A DNA stretch of 64,000 bases from positions 695,492 to 759,491 of the forward strand of contig JAIVFI010000013.1 in assembly GCA_025558095.1 (NCBI GenBank), written 5' to 3'. Each line of letters opens with the position of its first letter. Within the stretch, counting starts at the first letter, position 1. The notes under the pieces were generated by a model that saw only the letters and a list, made by a program, of their open reading frames with translations, did no database searches and was not told where the DNA came from. Of this stretch, positions 21,067 to 33,616 are shown piece by piece. Made by a program: the position numbers and the translations under genes. The stretch is from Hyaloraphidium curvatum SAG 235-1 (taxonomy: Eukaryota > Fungi > Monoblepharomycota).

Positions 21067-22705
21067 TCAGAAGGCGGCGGCGGCGGCCAGGACGGCAGCG
21101 AAACCGGCCACGGCGACGCCGGAGCCGACCTTGCCCGCGGCGGCCGGGCGCGAGGTGGTCGTGGGGGCAGCCGTCGTGGTGGGCGCGGCGGTGGCGGTGG
21201 CAGTGCCGGTTGCGGTGCGCTGTTTGGAACGGCGAAATTAGACACCTGGCGTCCGGGGTCGGCCGGAGCCAACTCACGGTGACGGTGACGGTGCTGCTGC
21301 CGCCGAGCGCGGCAATGATGCTGGGGGGAAGCAGCACTGCGTCGATCAGGTGAATCTAATGTTGACTGTGAGCAGCTTTCCAAACCGAATCAATGGTCAA
21401 GCTTACGACGCCGTTGCAGGTGCCGACGTTGGGAAGAGTCACTTTGGCGGTGTAGGGTGCCGTGCCGACGACCACGCCCGCGGCGGTGTTGGAGATGGGC
21501 AGGGTCTCGTTGGCAAGGGTGGGCACGGTCGAGTTGCCGGCGGGGAGCTCGCTTGAGAAGGCCACGGCGGGCACCACATGGTAGGCGAGGATTCCGTTGA
21601 TGAGCTCGGGGGTCAAGGTCACGTTGAGGGTCCCAAGCGCAGCCAGAGCGGTCTGAAAAGCCGTGGTGTTGGGAGCGAAGCTGGCGAAACGAATCAACGT
21701 CGGTTGGCCAGTGCCGGAACCGCAGAACTCACATGGTGGCCTGGGGCAGTGTGTTAACGACATTGGTAAGGTTCTGCTGCGTCACAGCCCCGAGGAAGCC
21801 AGCGAACTCGGGGCCGCCGAGCTTGGCGGTGTCGGTGGGGCACAGGGGGGGCAGGACGAGGTTGTTGACGACGTTGATGACGCCGTTGTCGGTGGGGATG
21901 GTGTCGATGACCTGGGCGGGCTGGTAGAGGCCGTTGGTGATGGCGGTGCCGTTGGCGTAGTTGACCAGCGAGCGCTGGGGGTTGAGCTGCGCGGCGGCCA
22001 GGGTAAGCCAGTTGCTCGAAGGGTGATCACCGCGGTCTCCTGCACACCGTCGTGAGTTTCGAGGGGTCAGACGAGTTGAGGTACGAGTTGATCAGGGTCT
22101 GGCCGCCGGCGAAGGGGCGGTAGAGGTGGAACTTGAGGATGCCGCCGATCACGGCGGGGTCCGAGAGGTTGACGCTGGTGATGTTGGCGCCCTGGAGCGC
22201 AGCCGGGACGGCGACCAAGGCCGAGGCGAAAGCAGCGTCGGTGGGCGCGAAGAGCGTCGTGTTCTGCGAGGCTAGCTGCGAGGCGGGAAGGAGGGGTGAG
22301 CTTCCGAAGTGGCACCGAGCAGGGGGAAGCAGGGGATCAACGCGGTGCCGGCTCGCGGCGGCCGCGCATCGCCACGTGGCGCGAGGCCTAGTCCGTCCGA
22401 CATCGCCGCCGGCCGAATCGGCGAGGCACCGCGCCATCCCACGACCGCGGAACGCGCCACTCACCCCAACGACCTCGGGGTACTGGGTGGCCAGGCCGAC
22501 GAGCGTCGACACGTTGTACGGCTTGGTAATGTTGCCTTCGATTGAAATGAGCGCGATTCGCGGGCGGATAGCGGGGGACGGCCGCGATGGCGCGACTCTC
22601 ACCACTGATGATGCCGAGCAGCGTCTCGACGGTCGACGCCGCGTCCGCCGAGGCGGCGGCGCCGAGGGCGAGCAGGGCCGAGGCGGCAAACGTCGAGAAT
22701 TTCAT
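21067..22705 (-). CDS. Fasciclin protein, tandem paralog (copy 2)
   Basis: MKFSTFAASALLALG; TLFAPTDAAF; DNGVINVVNNLVLPP; LAYHVVP; similar intron positions and tail to copy 1. Confidence 0.9.
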
Positions 22706-23567
22706 CGTGGCGTGGCGGGCGGCGGCGGGACGCGGACGACGAGTGAACAGAAAAGTGGAGGTTCGCGTGGGAATGCTCAGCCCGCCGCAACAACCCGATC
22801 GCGCAGAGCCATCCGTGCACAGCCCCCGGCAAAAGTCGGCAGCGAGGTTCCGCGAGCTTCCACCCCGCCGCTTGACCCAGCAAACGACTTTGCCGGGCAG
22901 CGTCCACCTAGTCCGCTCCATGGACATCAGTTCCCGAAGGATCCGCGATGGTCTCGTCGGTGATGACCAAGCCGGGATGGTCCAACGTCCCGATGCGGAC
23001 GAAACATGGATCGACGGCACATCGAGCCTCGGAAACCTCGCATCGTGCTCGGTCTACCGTCCGAACAGGCTCAAGCACGTCGTGGAGGGGCTGAGGGGAC
23101 TTCCACGGTCACAGATTGTCCCATGGGGATGGCACGTGAAAGCCACATTCGTAGTGGAGAGGGGAGCTCATTTTACCGCTCAAGATCGATAGTACCGACG
23201 TAGCCTCGTTACGTAACACAACTTTGCTTCCCAAAACACCAGATCCGAAGTCGATCATCTGTGCCGTCCCGCTGATATGGCACCCCATCACGGCGCCCTC
23301 GATCCAATACAGTCGCCGGAAACCTGAAGATCATGTGCAACTCCATTCATTCATGGGATCACATCTCGGAGTTTCATGCCGTCGAACCGAACCGCCGTTG
23401 GACAGCTCATCCGGCAGAACGGGATCCCGGCGGCGGGCAGAAGATGGACGCGCGCGCCTAAACTCGAAGTCCCCGACCACGCAAACCTCCGCTCAACACT
23501 CGGGCGAGGCCGGCGCAGTTGGTATAGAGCGCTGCACATTCAAACCGCCGACCGGCCCATCGCCTCC

Positions 23568-26500
23568 ATGCCGTCGACTTTGGGCGCCGAGACCTTCGTG
23601 GTCATCCTCATGTCGGCCCTGACCTCCATCCCCGGCATGTGGACCGTCCTGAACGCCGTGGTGCCGGACAGCAAGGACTCGCTCTTCCTGCGGCGGCTGA
23701 AGGTCTACAACACGGCCATCAACGCCTTTTTGCGGGTCCGGTATGCCCAGTGGAAGACCAAAGGGCTGGCGGACGACGACCCGAAGTCCATGAAGATCTG
23801 GGAGGCGACGCACCGCAGGAATGCCGACGATTTCTACAGCGTCGGCACGTCTCTGGAGGGCGTGTGGATCAAGGCCGGTCAGGTGGGTTGGCCGGAGACC
23901 TGTCCGGCTTCTACTTCTGGAGCTGACTCCGATTCGCGTCCCGCAGTACATGAGCACTCGTGCTGACGTCCTTCCGCTGCCCTACATCGAGAAGCTCCGC
24001 CCTCTCACCGACTCGCTTCCCCCCAAGCCGTTCGAAGAGGTCGAGCAGACCATCCTCGAGGACATGGGTGTCAACTCCCTCTCCCAGGCCTTCGCTTCCG
24101 TGGACCGCACCCCCCTCGCCACGGCTTCGATAGCCCAGGTCCACCGCGCGGTCCTGCTCGACGGCACCCAGGCGGTGGTCAAGGTGCAGCACCGCAACGT
24201 GGCGGACAAGATCCGGCAGGATCTGCGCAACCTTTCCCACATCGTGGAGCTTGTGGCGCGGTACGAGCCCGAGTGGGACCTGCGGCCGGTGCTGGACGAG
24301 TGGGCGAGGGAGTTGCCGGCGGAGCTGGACTTTAGGAAGGAAGCGGCCAACATGAAGGAGGTCGAGGACTCGATCAACGAGTTCCAGGCGTCGCTCGCGA
24401 AGCTGGACGAGCTGCCGGCGCTGTGGAAGGAGCTCGGCCTGACCAAGGACTTGCTGCGGTTCTCAGTGCGGCTGCCGAAAGTCGTGCCGGACTTTGTCAA
24501 GGAGAAGGTCCTGGTGCTCGAATACGTCGACGGCTTCCGGCTCAGCGAGGTCAACAAGATGAAGGCCGCCGGCGTGGACCTCGACCAGATCAGTCGCGCC
24601 ATCACCCACAGCTACGGATATCAAATCTTCACCACTGGGTGAGGCGTCGGCATGTCTCACATCGCGGAACCGTCGCTGATTCCTGCTTGCCAGGATCTAC
24701 AATGCCGACCCGCACGCAGGCAACTTCCTCGTCGCGCCGACGGACCCCACCCGCCCCGCCCACCCCGTCGATAACCCGTACCAGGCCGTCCTCCTCGACT
24801 TTGGTCTCACCAAGCACCTCACCTCCTCGGAACGCCTCGGCCTCTCGCGCATGCTCATCTCGGCGTCCGAGGTGGACTACGCCGGCCTGCTCTCGTCGCT
24901 CGAGGAGATCGGACTGAAGCTCAACATTGATGAGCCCCAGGCCAGCATGGACGTGGTGCGGTTCCTCTTCCGGCGCGGCGAATCCCGGGAGGAATCGATG
25001 GAGACCAACAAGCAGAAGCGGGAGGAGTGGGAAAAGGCGGACGAGGAGAGAAAGCGCAGGGAAAAGGAGCGCGGCGCGCCCCGGCGCAAGCTACTGGACG
25101 CCTTCCCCTCGTGCCTGATCCTGTTCGGCCGGGTGCTCAACCTGCTCCGCGGCGTGAGCACGGGGCTAGGGGCCAAGGAGAACTATCTCGAGGGCCTGAG
25201 CCCGTTCGCCAAGGTCGGCCTGGTGGGCGACTTTGAGTCCTCCGCGGCCGAGGAAACCCGCGGAACCGGCGCGGTGTGGGATACGGTCTCGCGGCTCCGC
25301 GAAGAGCGCCACATTCTCGGCGTGCAGGTCTCGGTGCGCAAGGCCGGCGCCGAGGTGCCCTCGCTGAGCGCCGTCGCGGGCCACATGGGCCGGTTCGACC
25401 CCCGCCCGTACGCAAAGGACACTTTGACCAACGTCTACTCTGCCACCAAGCCCGTCGTCGCGCTGGCGATCCACTTGCTCGTCGCCGAGGGCAAGTGCGG
25501 GTACGACGATCCCGTGGTGCGGTACTGGCCCTCGTACGCTCGCGAGGGCACGGCCAAGTCGCGAACGACGATCCGAGACGTGCTGGAACACCGCGCGGGG
25601 ATGCAGGACGCGGCAACGAGGGAGATTGCGCTGGACGCCTTCATCATGCGGGACTGGGACAAGATGATGAAGCTGATGGAGGAGGCCGAGCCGGATCCGG
25701 AGCCTGGGACCGAGACGCGTTACCACTACTTCTCGTACGCCTGGCTCGCGGGCGGCCTGGTTCAGAAGGTCGCGGGCAAGCCGTGCATGGACTACATCCG
25801 CGAGAGGATCTTTGTCCCCCTGGGCTACTCGACGCCCGAGACGTCGCACATGTTCATCGGCATCCCGTCGAAAGTGGTCGACACGAGGCTGGCGAGCGTG
25901 GTCTGGGACCTGCACGAGGTGCGGGCGATGTTCTCGCGCGCGGCGGTGGAGGAGGGGGAGGAAGTGGCGGACGGCGAGCGTAACGACAGCGGGTTCGGCG
26001 TCGGGTCGATCGAGGACCTCGTCGAGCGGACCGAGGACTCGGCGGAGAATGGAGTCGCCAACGGAGCCCCCGCCCCGGAGGCCGCCCCGGGCGCACCCGC
26101 CACGCCCAAGAAGTTCGACCTCCGCGAAGCACTGCGCTCCGACCCCCGCATGCAGGCTGCCCTGCTGACATCCAACCCGACCCTGTTCAACCACCTCTTC
26201 CTGCGCCGCGCCGTGATTCCATCGGCGAACGGGCACTTTTCCGCGCACGGACTGTCGGCCTTCCACGCCGAAATTGCGGCAGCGTGGAGCGGCAAATCGA
26301 AGATCGTGGGCCTTGACAAAGCCCGGGTGGGGAAGATGGCCTGGGGCGCGTCGGGGACCGGCTTGACTTCGGTCGAGAGGGAGCTCGCCGACCCGGCGAC
26401 GGGTGTGCCGCCGTTCAAGTACCGCGTCACGCTGTCGCAGCTGGCTCGGATCGGGAAGGAGGTTGGGCAGCAGCTCGTGGGAGGTGGACTGATGCGGTAT

Positions 26501-26806
26501 CTGTTCGTGCGGCCCCTCGGAGATGCCGAGCGCGCGGGCGGCGAGTCTCACGAGGTGACCGTGGGCATCGGCCACGCCGGGTTCGGCGGCTCCGTCGGGC
26601 TGGCGCTGCCGAGTGAGGACGCCTCGGTCGCGATCGTGGTGAACAAGCTGGATGTGCGCGGGGGAGTGACGAGGGAGCTGCTGGACGCGGTGGCGGGGGA
26701 GCTGGGAATCGGGAGGGCGGCGCAGTTCGGTGCGGTGCTGGATGGAGCGGAAGGCGGCGAGGGAGCGGTGAACGCGGAGCTGAACCCGTTCGGGAGGATG
26801 ATTTGA
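23568..26806 (+). CDS. ABC1/UbiB atypical kinase fused to a C-terminal beta-lactamase-family serine hydrolase
   Basis: Kinase motifs WIKAGQ, PLATASIAQVHRA, VVKVQH, ELDF, YNADPHAGNF and LLDFGL. Then YSATK (SxxK), LEHRAG, YHYFSY, IPSANGH and GHAGFGGS. Two introns. Confidence 0.9.
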
Positions 26807-26876
26807 AGAGTAGTTTTCACGGATAGATTAGATCTCTTGCTTCCTTGCTACAGCATTCGTTTCCTGTCTTTCCCTC

Positions 26877-27426
26877 TCACTTGTTTGCCTTCCCGATGAT
26901 CCCCTTCTTGACGATGATGTTGCCGTAAAGCGCCGTCTCCCTGAGCGGCAGAGCCGGAGGTGAGCACACATGAAGTCGGCAAGCCGCAGCCCTTTCGCAC
27001 CCACCCAGTCGCAACCACCGCAAACGCCTTCTTCGCTCTCTCGTAGAACGCGAACCTCTCCACTTCCTGCAGCTCCACGTTCCTCCCCTCGGCCTTCTCC
27101 GCTATCGCGCGGTAGGTCGCCCACACCTCGGGCTCCTTCCACCCCATCTTGACGTGCTCGTCCATCATCGCCATCACGGCCACTTCACCGTCGCCCCTCC
27201 CGATACCGGGATCGTCCAGCGGGAGCAGGGAAAGCACCGCCTCGAGCAGCTCCGGCACGCCGACGCCGTCGAACCGTAGCGCTTCTCCCAGCGCGGTCGA
27301 ACGCGACATGGAGTGCGAGGGGAAGTTGGCGTCCGCGAGCACGAGCTCGTCGCCGTGGCCCATGAGCGCGAGGCAGCGGAGCAGGTCCGGGGTGAGGATG
27401 GAGGGGACGTTCTTCAGCACCGTCAT
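26877..27426 (-). CDS. fucU: L-fucose mutarotase (RbsD/FucU family)
   Basis: LKNVPSILTPDLLRCLALMGHGDELVLADANFP...ERFAFYERAKKAFAVVATG|ETALYGNIIVKKG; one intron. Confidence 0.92.
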
Positions 27427-27929
27427 CGGATGCGGGGCCGGGGGCGAAGAACGGGGAGAAGGGGCGAGATACGCGCGATGTGGGGATTTCAGACGCGTGG
27501 GAGTGGGGACGACGCGTGGAAAAAGCACCAGCAGTTGGAACGTGAGAATCTTGGGGAGGGGTGGCAAGAGAGCTGGCGCGGTTGACCTATGCTGGGGCGC
27601 CAACGGTCCTCCACGAGCTTCCGGGCAGGACTCACGATGTTTTCAAGATGATGGAAGATGAGCTTCTGGAATGGATGCCGTGTACGCGAAAGCCGTCTTT
27701 CACGCGCTGGAATCAGGAGGCCGGATCCCGCACAAGCCAACCAAGCGTCAGCCCAGACAACGAGTGGAATCCAGCGTTTACGTGCCTCCTGGTCAAAAAT
27801 CTTGCGTCTTTGAAATGATTCCTGGGCGGGGAGATGTAGCTTTCTCGTTCGAACGTTCGATGGTGCACAGCCGCGGGACCTGTGGCGCGGGAGACATCCA
27901 ACCTTCACTGTCCCCACCCCTGCAGGAGC

Positions 27930-28904
27930 ATGATGGCCTCTATCCACTCGCCCGCAATCACCAAAAAGGTCGTCCTGATTACGGGCGCCGCGAGCGGCTT
28001 CGGTCGCCGCCTCGCGGAGAAGGTTGCGGCCCGCGGCCCGCGCGCCCTCGTACTCGCCGACATCGACGGGGCCGCGGGCGAGGAGTTCGCCGGGGAACTG
28101 AAGGGCAAGGGCGTCAACGCGCGCTTCGTGAAGGTGGACCTCGCGGAGATGGACCAGGTCAAGGCGATGGTGGTCGGGGTGCTCAAGAACGAGGGCGGGA
28201 TCGACGTGCTCGTCAACGTGGGCACTCGAGGCGCTTGGACCTCTCCGTTTATGCTGATGCGGTCAATCGCCGACTTCCGATTGCCCAGAATGCCGGGTAC
28301 GGCGACTCAACCTTCAACCGTGCCGTAGAGCGCGGCGACGTGGACTTCCCGCCCGACCGTTGGATCAAAATGACCCAAGTCAACTACTTTGCCCTCGTCT
28401 ACGCGACCCAGATCGCCTGCGCCGCCGCGCGCAAGTCCGACCGCCCCTTGGTGGTCGTCTCCACCGCCAGCATGGCCGGCATTCTACCCCAGCCGGAGCC
28501 CGTCTACTCCTCGGGCAAGGCCGCGGTGATCCACTTCACCCGCAGCCTGGCGTCGCTCGCGCCGCTGGTCCGCGCGGCGGCGGTGTGCCCGAATGCCGCG
28601 GAGACGGGGTTCATGGCGGCTTCGTATGACGGGGACGAGATGAAGGGGTTCGCGGAGGCGATGAAGCCCAATATGGTGACGGTGGACAGCGTGTCGGACG
28701 CGCTGCTGCGCTGCATCGAGGAGACGAAGCTCGCAGGTGGGTCGCCTTTGGGGCCGGGTCGATTTTGCGTGAGTTGACCGCTGATGCTGCTTGCCCGTTG
28801 CCCAATCAGGCCAGATCGTCCGGATCGTGCCGCGCGGGACGGATGTGTGGGACCCGAGGACGGGCAAGACCACGCCGATCGACAAGTTTTCGGGCCGGCT
28901 GTAG
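27930..28904 (+). CDS. Short-chain dehydrogenase/reductase (15-PGDH-like)
   Basis: VLITGAASGFG, GGIDVLVN|NAG, TASMAG, YSSGK; two introns. Confidence 0.9.
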
Positions 28905-29201
28905 TCCGCGGTAACGGGCCAAAAGAAGATAAACGGGGCAACTTTCTCATCTTCAGCCGTTGGGCTGACCGATGCCTCCGCGTCGGTCCGATTAGATTGT
29001 TGTAGTAGGGCCAGTAGATCAGTTTGCTTCTGAAAAGAAGATCGACGGATCCCGAACAACAGCGTTGCGAACCATCTTGTTGCACCTTTTCAGAGGCAAA
29101 GACACCTTTCGCCCCCGCTCTAGGGTATCGCGGGGCCTACTCGCATGCCCTCCCCTTGTCCTTTTCGATCCACCGCGCCCAGCAGCCTCCGCCCGGCAAG
29201 C

Positions 29202-30582
29202 CTAGCGCTGCCCCTGCCCGCCCATGCCCGGCTGGTTCGCCCATCCGCCCTGCTGGAGCTGCTGCAGCAGCGCGAGCTGCTGCGCCGTGAGGCCGCCGGG
29301 GTTGACGGAGAACTGCGCGAGGAGGGATTGGATGGCGCCCGCGGGGGGCTGCGCGGGGAGCTGCGAGGGGAGGATGGGGGCCGATGTCGGGGGGAGGCCT
29401 GGACAGGTGCGGTCAGCCAACAGCCACTCGAAACAGCACTGGGCAACAACCCACCAGGACGGATGCCGGGGATTCCCTTGTCCAGCGGCGGCACTGGTCC
29501 GTTGCCCGGGGGTACGCCGACGCCCTGCAGCCCCGGGATGGGCCCGACACCTGGCAACCCCGCCGCGCCCGGCACGGGCCCCACCGGCCCGACCCCGCCT
29601 ATCGCACCGACCCCCACGCCCCCGACGCCCACCCCCACGCCCGTCCCGCGCTCCTCCAGGTCCTCGTACCGCACCAGCATCTCCCTCCTCTCCCTCTCCC
29701 ACCGCTCCGGCACCCACACCGCGTAAACGCCCCTCTCGAACCCCTGCCCGCGCTGGCCCGCGCCCTCGTCGCGCGTGATCCACATCCGCAGCTCCTTGTG
29801 GAAGCGCCAGTTGCGGTTGTAGAGCTCCTGCGCGGCGTGCTCGGCGAGGAGGTCCCGGGGGAAGGCGTGGAAGATGTACAGCAGCGATTCGTCGCCGAAC
29901 GAGGGGATCTTGGACAAGGGGGGCGGGGGCGGGGAAGGGAGGGTGTAGCACGCCGGCAGGGTGAAGGGCGGGGTGGGCGGGGTGGTCGGCGGGTCCAGGA
30001 AGGGCGAGATGAAGGTCGACCACAGCGGCCTGCGGGCACCACGATCAGCACCCTGCAATCCGCAATGCCAGCAGCAAGAAAAGCACCCTTCCGAGCCCAG
30101 ATCCAGTCCCAGCGTCGTCAGGTCGTTGCCCAGCGCCAGCACGTTCCCCTCGCCGCCCTCGCCCTGGCGAATGACGTCGAGCAGGCCGGGCAGCCCCCAG
30201 CGGTCCGCGCCGGACAGCTGCGGGGCCGGCGTCTGCTGAGACGGCGGCGGCTGCTGGGAGGGCGCCGGCGGCGGCGGCGGCGGCAGCGCGGGGCGGCCCT
30301 GCGGCGGCGTCTGCGGCGGGCGGCGCGCGCCCTGTGCCGCGGCCTGCGCGGCCGCCACGATGTTGGCCGCCTGCATCGGCGTCAGCCGCGGTGGGAACTC
30401 GTCGCCGGACGTCGGCGTCTGAAATGGGGTGAGACGCGTCCGGCAGACGCCCCGCTGCAACCCACCCGCGGCGTGCCCAGCGCCGGAAACTCATCCAGCG
30501 TGAAGCTGCGGTCCGGCATGGTGCCGGCAACAACCGACGCCAGAGGCCGCTGCGGCAGCGACGGGAACTCGGGGAGGGACAT
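29202..30582 (-). CDS. NOT2: CCR4-NOT complex subunit NOT2
   Basis: DRWGLPGLL, LALGNDLTTLGLDL, and the NOT box DESLLYIFHAFPRD...AAQELYNRNWRFHKELRMWI. The start position is uncertain. Confidence 0.88.
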
Positions 30583-30906
30583 GGTGGGAGGGTGAAGAAG
30601 AGGTGCTTAAGAGTTTTCGCGGCACTGGGGCCCTAAACTCCTAAGCGCCGGGACCAAACAGGGCGACGCGTCGAACGCACTGCCGGTCAGGCAGATCAAG
30701 GTATTCGAGGTGAGATGGCAGTGATCTCCTGCTTACGGGGACAAAAGCCCGGATGATGGCCGCGGTAGTTTCGAAGACCGCCGCCCGATCAAATCCATAG
30801 CGCGAGATCGTGAGCATCGTAGATGGGCAATTTCGGGGCCCCTAGGCGTGCTTCAAATCGTACGAAGATCGGGGTTCCTTTCGGTCGCGGTGGTTCTCTC
30901 TCGCTT

Positions 30907-31534
30907 CATGTCGTCACTCGCGCTCGCGCTCGCTCCCCGCAGGAATACCAAAGCCCCGGCTCAAAGGGTACTCGATACTGCGGCCGACGGACGGCAAGCA
31001 TCCCGTGGACACCGTGCTCGCGTTCTGCAAGTCGTGGCCCGAGGGCGGGGACCCGACGTTCGCCGGCGGCCCCATCGGATCGAGCTGGATGCCGGACTGT
31101 TGGGCGCCTTCAACGAAACGGACCCCAACCACGCTGCTCGACAGGCCACGGAGGCCAAAATTAAGCAAGCGGTCGAAGGCGTCTTTGATTGTCGCGGGAT
31201 CGGATGCATCGGCTGCGGCGCCGCAACGGCTGTCTCGTACCTGACCTCGTGGTTCGAGACGGAAGGATGGCCTTGGCGGTTGGTCGCGCACGCATTTCCG
31301 AGCTGCCTGGCGTGCGTGCACGCGACGGTCCGCAGGGCAAAGGCCTGGCACAATCGCCCTTCCCGGGGAGCGATCGCAGCTTCTTCTCGTGCGGCGGGGG
31401 CTGCGGCAAGACCTGGATCACGCGCTCCAAGGATTGGAAGAAGGTGGCGGGCATCAAGGGGCCGTTCTAGAGGTGCTCCCGCTGCAAGGGCGCCGCGTAC
31501 TGTTCCACGATACAATGCATACACGACACGCTAA
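30907..31534 (+). pseudogene. Degenerate MYND-finger gene
   Basis: CIGCG unit, then a frameshift, then SCGGGCGK...GPF*RCSRCKGAAYCSTIQC. There is an in-frame TAG at 31468-31470 and the terminal W..HK..C is missing. Confidence 0.65.
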
Positions 31535-31563
31535 TTCTTCGCTGGCCAAAAGCGGTCGTCCGT

Positions 31564-33349
31564 TCAGCAGCATTTCCGAGGAAGGCTGTTCTTGAGCTCC
31601 TTGTGCTCCGACGGGTCGATGGAGTGAACATAATTCTCAAAGGCTTCGTGGTCCACCTTGCGACCGCCCACGTAGGTGCCCTGGACCTTGACCTCCTCGG
31701 TGACCTTCAGCGGGTCCACCTTGAACGGATCGGCCGACAGCACGACGAAGTCCGCCAGCTTCCCCGCCTCGATCGACCCGAGATCCTTGTCCCTCCCGAT
31801 CTGGTATGCCGCATTGACCGTGTGCGCTTTGAACGCCTCCTCGATCGTCACCTTCTGGTTCTCCCCGTGCACGTTGCCCGCGATCGTCGTCCTCGTGACC
31901 ATGCACTGCACGTTGAGCAGCGGGATTGGCGGGCTGACCATCCCGTCGTTGTGGAAGCTGATGCTTGCGCCGCTGTCGAACGCGTCCCGCCCGCGCTGCC
32001 ATTGCGACCCGATCTCGGGCGCGAACAGCGTGCCGTCGAGCACGTCGCCCCAGTAGATGAAGTGGAAGGGGGACATGGAGATGCCGACGCCCAGGTCGGC
32101 GGCGCGTTTGAACTGGTCCTTCCTCGCCGCGCCAACGTGCTCCACCCGCCAGCGGTGGTCCGTCCCCAGGAGGTTGTGCTTCCTCAGGGCCGCCTCGTAG
32201 CAATCCAGCACGACGTCGAACGCCAGGTCGCCGTTGCAGTGCATAGCGAACTGAACCCCCGACGCGACGTGTTTGTCGACGAGCAGGTCCATGGCTTCCC
32301 GGGGGTAGTTGAGCGCCTTGGCCCCCATGTGGATGGGGATCCCGGCCGCGCAGACCTTTTCGTTGTCGAGGTAGGGGAATGTGTTGGCGATGTTGCCGAC
32401 CCATCTTTGAGGGATAAGCGGGCGTGAGGACGATTGCAGGGCAAGGATGTCGTGCCACCCACGGGGAACCGTCGGCCCAAAGCTTGATGCCCTGCTTCCA
32501 GAGAAGCTCCTTGGAAATGGGCGACGTGAACTCATCCCCGCAGCTGGGCTCGATGGAAACATGGTACAGGGCGACGCGGAGCGGGACATCAGGCGAACTA
32601 GCCAAAGCGACGTAACCCTTCTTGGACTCCTCCTGGAACGCGTGCTCCGAGGTCGCCGTGATGCCGTTCCTCGACATGTACGAAAAGAACTTTGCCGCGC
32701 TCGCCAGCGGGTGAGGCACAGCCAGTTGGAGCACCTTGCCGACGGCCATCAGGATCGAGCCCATCTCGTAGGCGCGTCCATTGGATTTGCCGTCGGGGTT
32801 CCGTCCGAAGTGGGCGCCCACGGGGTCCGGGGGGGGCTTGCCGCATTCCCACCCGTTCAGCTCGATGATGGCGCTGTTGAAGTAGAGCTCGTGTCCGGAA
32901 TTGTCCAGGATCGCGACGGGACGCGAGGGAAAGAACGCGTCCAGCATCTTGTTGTCGAGTTCCGGCGCCCCGTGGAGCATCCTGTCGTACCCATTGAATA
33001 GCACCGGCTTGCCCGGGTCCAACGTCGCGTCGAGCTCCCTGAACTTGTCCTGCAGCTGTGGCCACGACGAAGCGCCGTGTCCGACGTACGGCGCGATCCA
33101 CTGGGTCGGTTCCTGCGTGAGCATCCCGCTCATGAGCGGGTGCGAGTGCGGGTCGATGAAGCCCGGCATCAGGACGGAGGAGCCGAGGTCGACGAGTTTG
33201 GCGGAGGGGTGGGCGCGCTCCAGGGACGAAAGAGCGCCGGCCGCAACGATGCGGCCCGTGGCGCTGTCGACGGCCACGGCCTCGGCGCGGGGAGTGTCCG
33301 CCGCCATGGTAATGACGCTGGAGGCTTTGAAGATGGTGTCGGCCGCCAT
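31564..33349 (-). CDS. Metal-dependent amidohydrolase (YtcJ/Amidohydro_3-like)
   Basis: PGFIDPHSH, IKLWADGSPW, MHCNGD, WRVEH, FHND, GSIEAGKLADFVVL; single intron near 32405-32460. Confidence 0.92.
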
Positions 33350-33616
33350 TTCGGAGGAAGGTGTTTGAGGGGCGGAGGCGGGCGAGGAGTGGGACGGACG
33401 ACAGGGGTGCAAGGGTCCAGTTGCAGCGGGCACCGAGTTGTCGTCGCCCCTGCACGGCGATCGGCATCGCCTCGTCTTCAAGGTCGGTCAGTTCGGCCAT
33501 CATACACTTCTAAGCATGGTTGCTTGAACATGACTCCTAAGCGGAAGCCAGGGGGAGCGGCAGGGGATGGCGTTGCGTCCCTCATCCGGCCTTTGTTTAC
33601 CCCTTCTTCGCCCGCA

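Noticed and set aside
27520-27900. Short ORFs resembling a hydrolase C-terminus between fucU and the SDR
   Set aside because: They are too short and frame-broken, with no diagnostic motif.
30590-30880. Possible ncRNA (snRNA, tRNA or telomerase RNA) upstream of NOT2
   Set aside because: I found no recognisable conserved boxes, cloverleaf or full template. I also recognised no tRNA or rRNA anywhere in the window.
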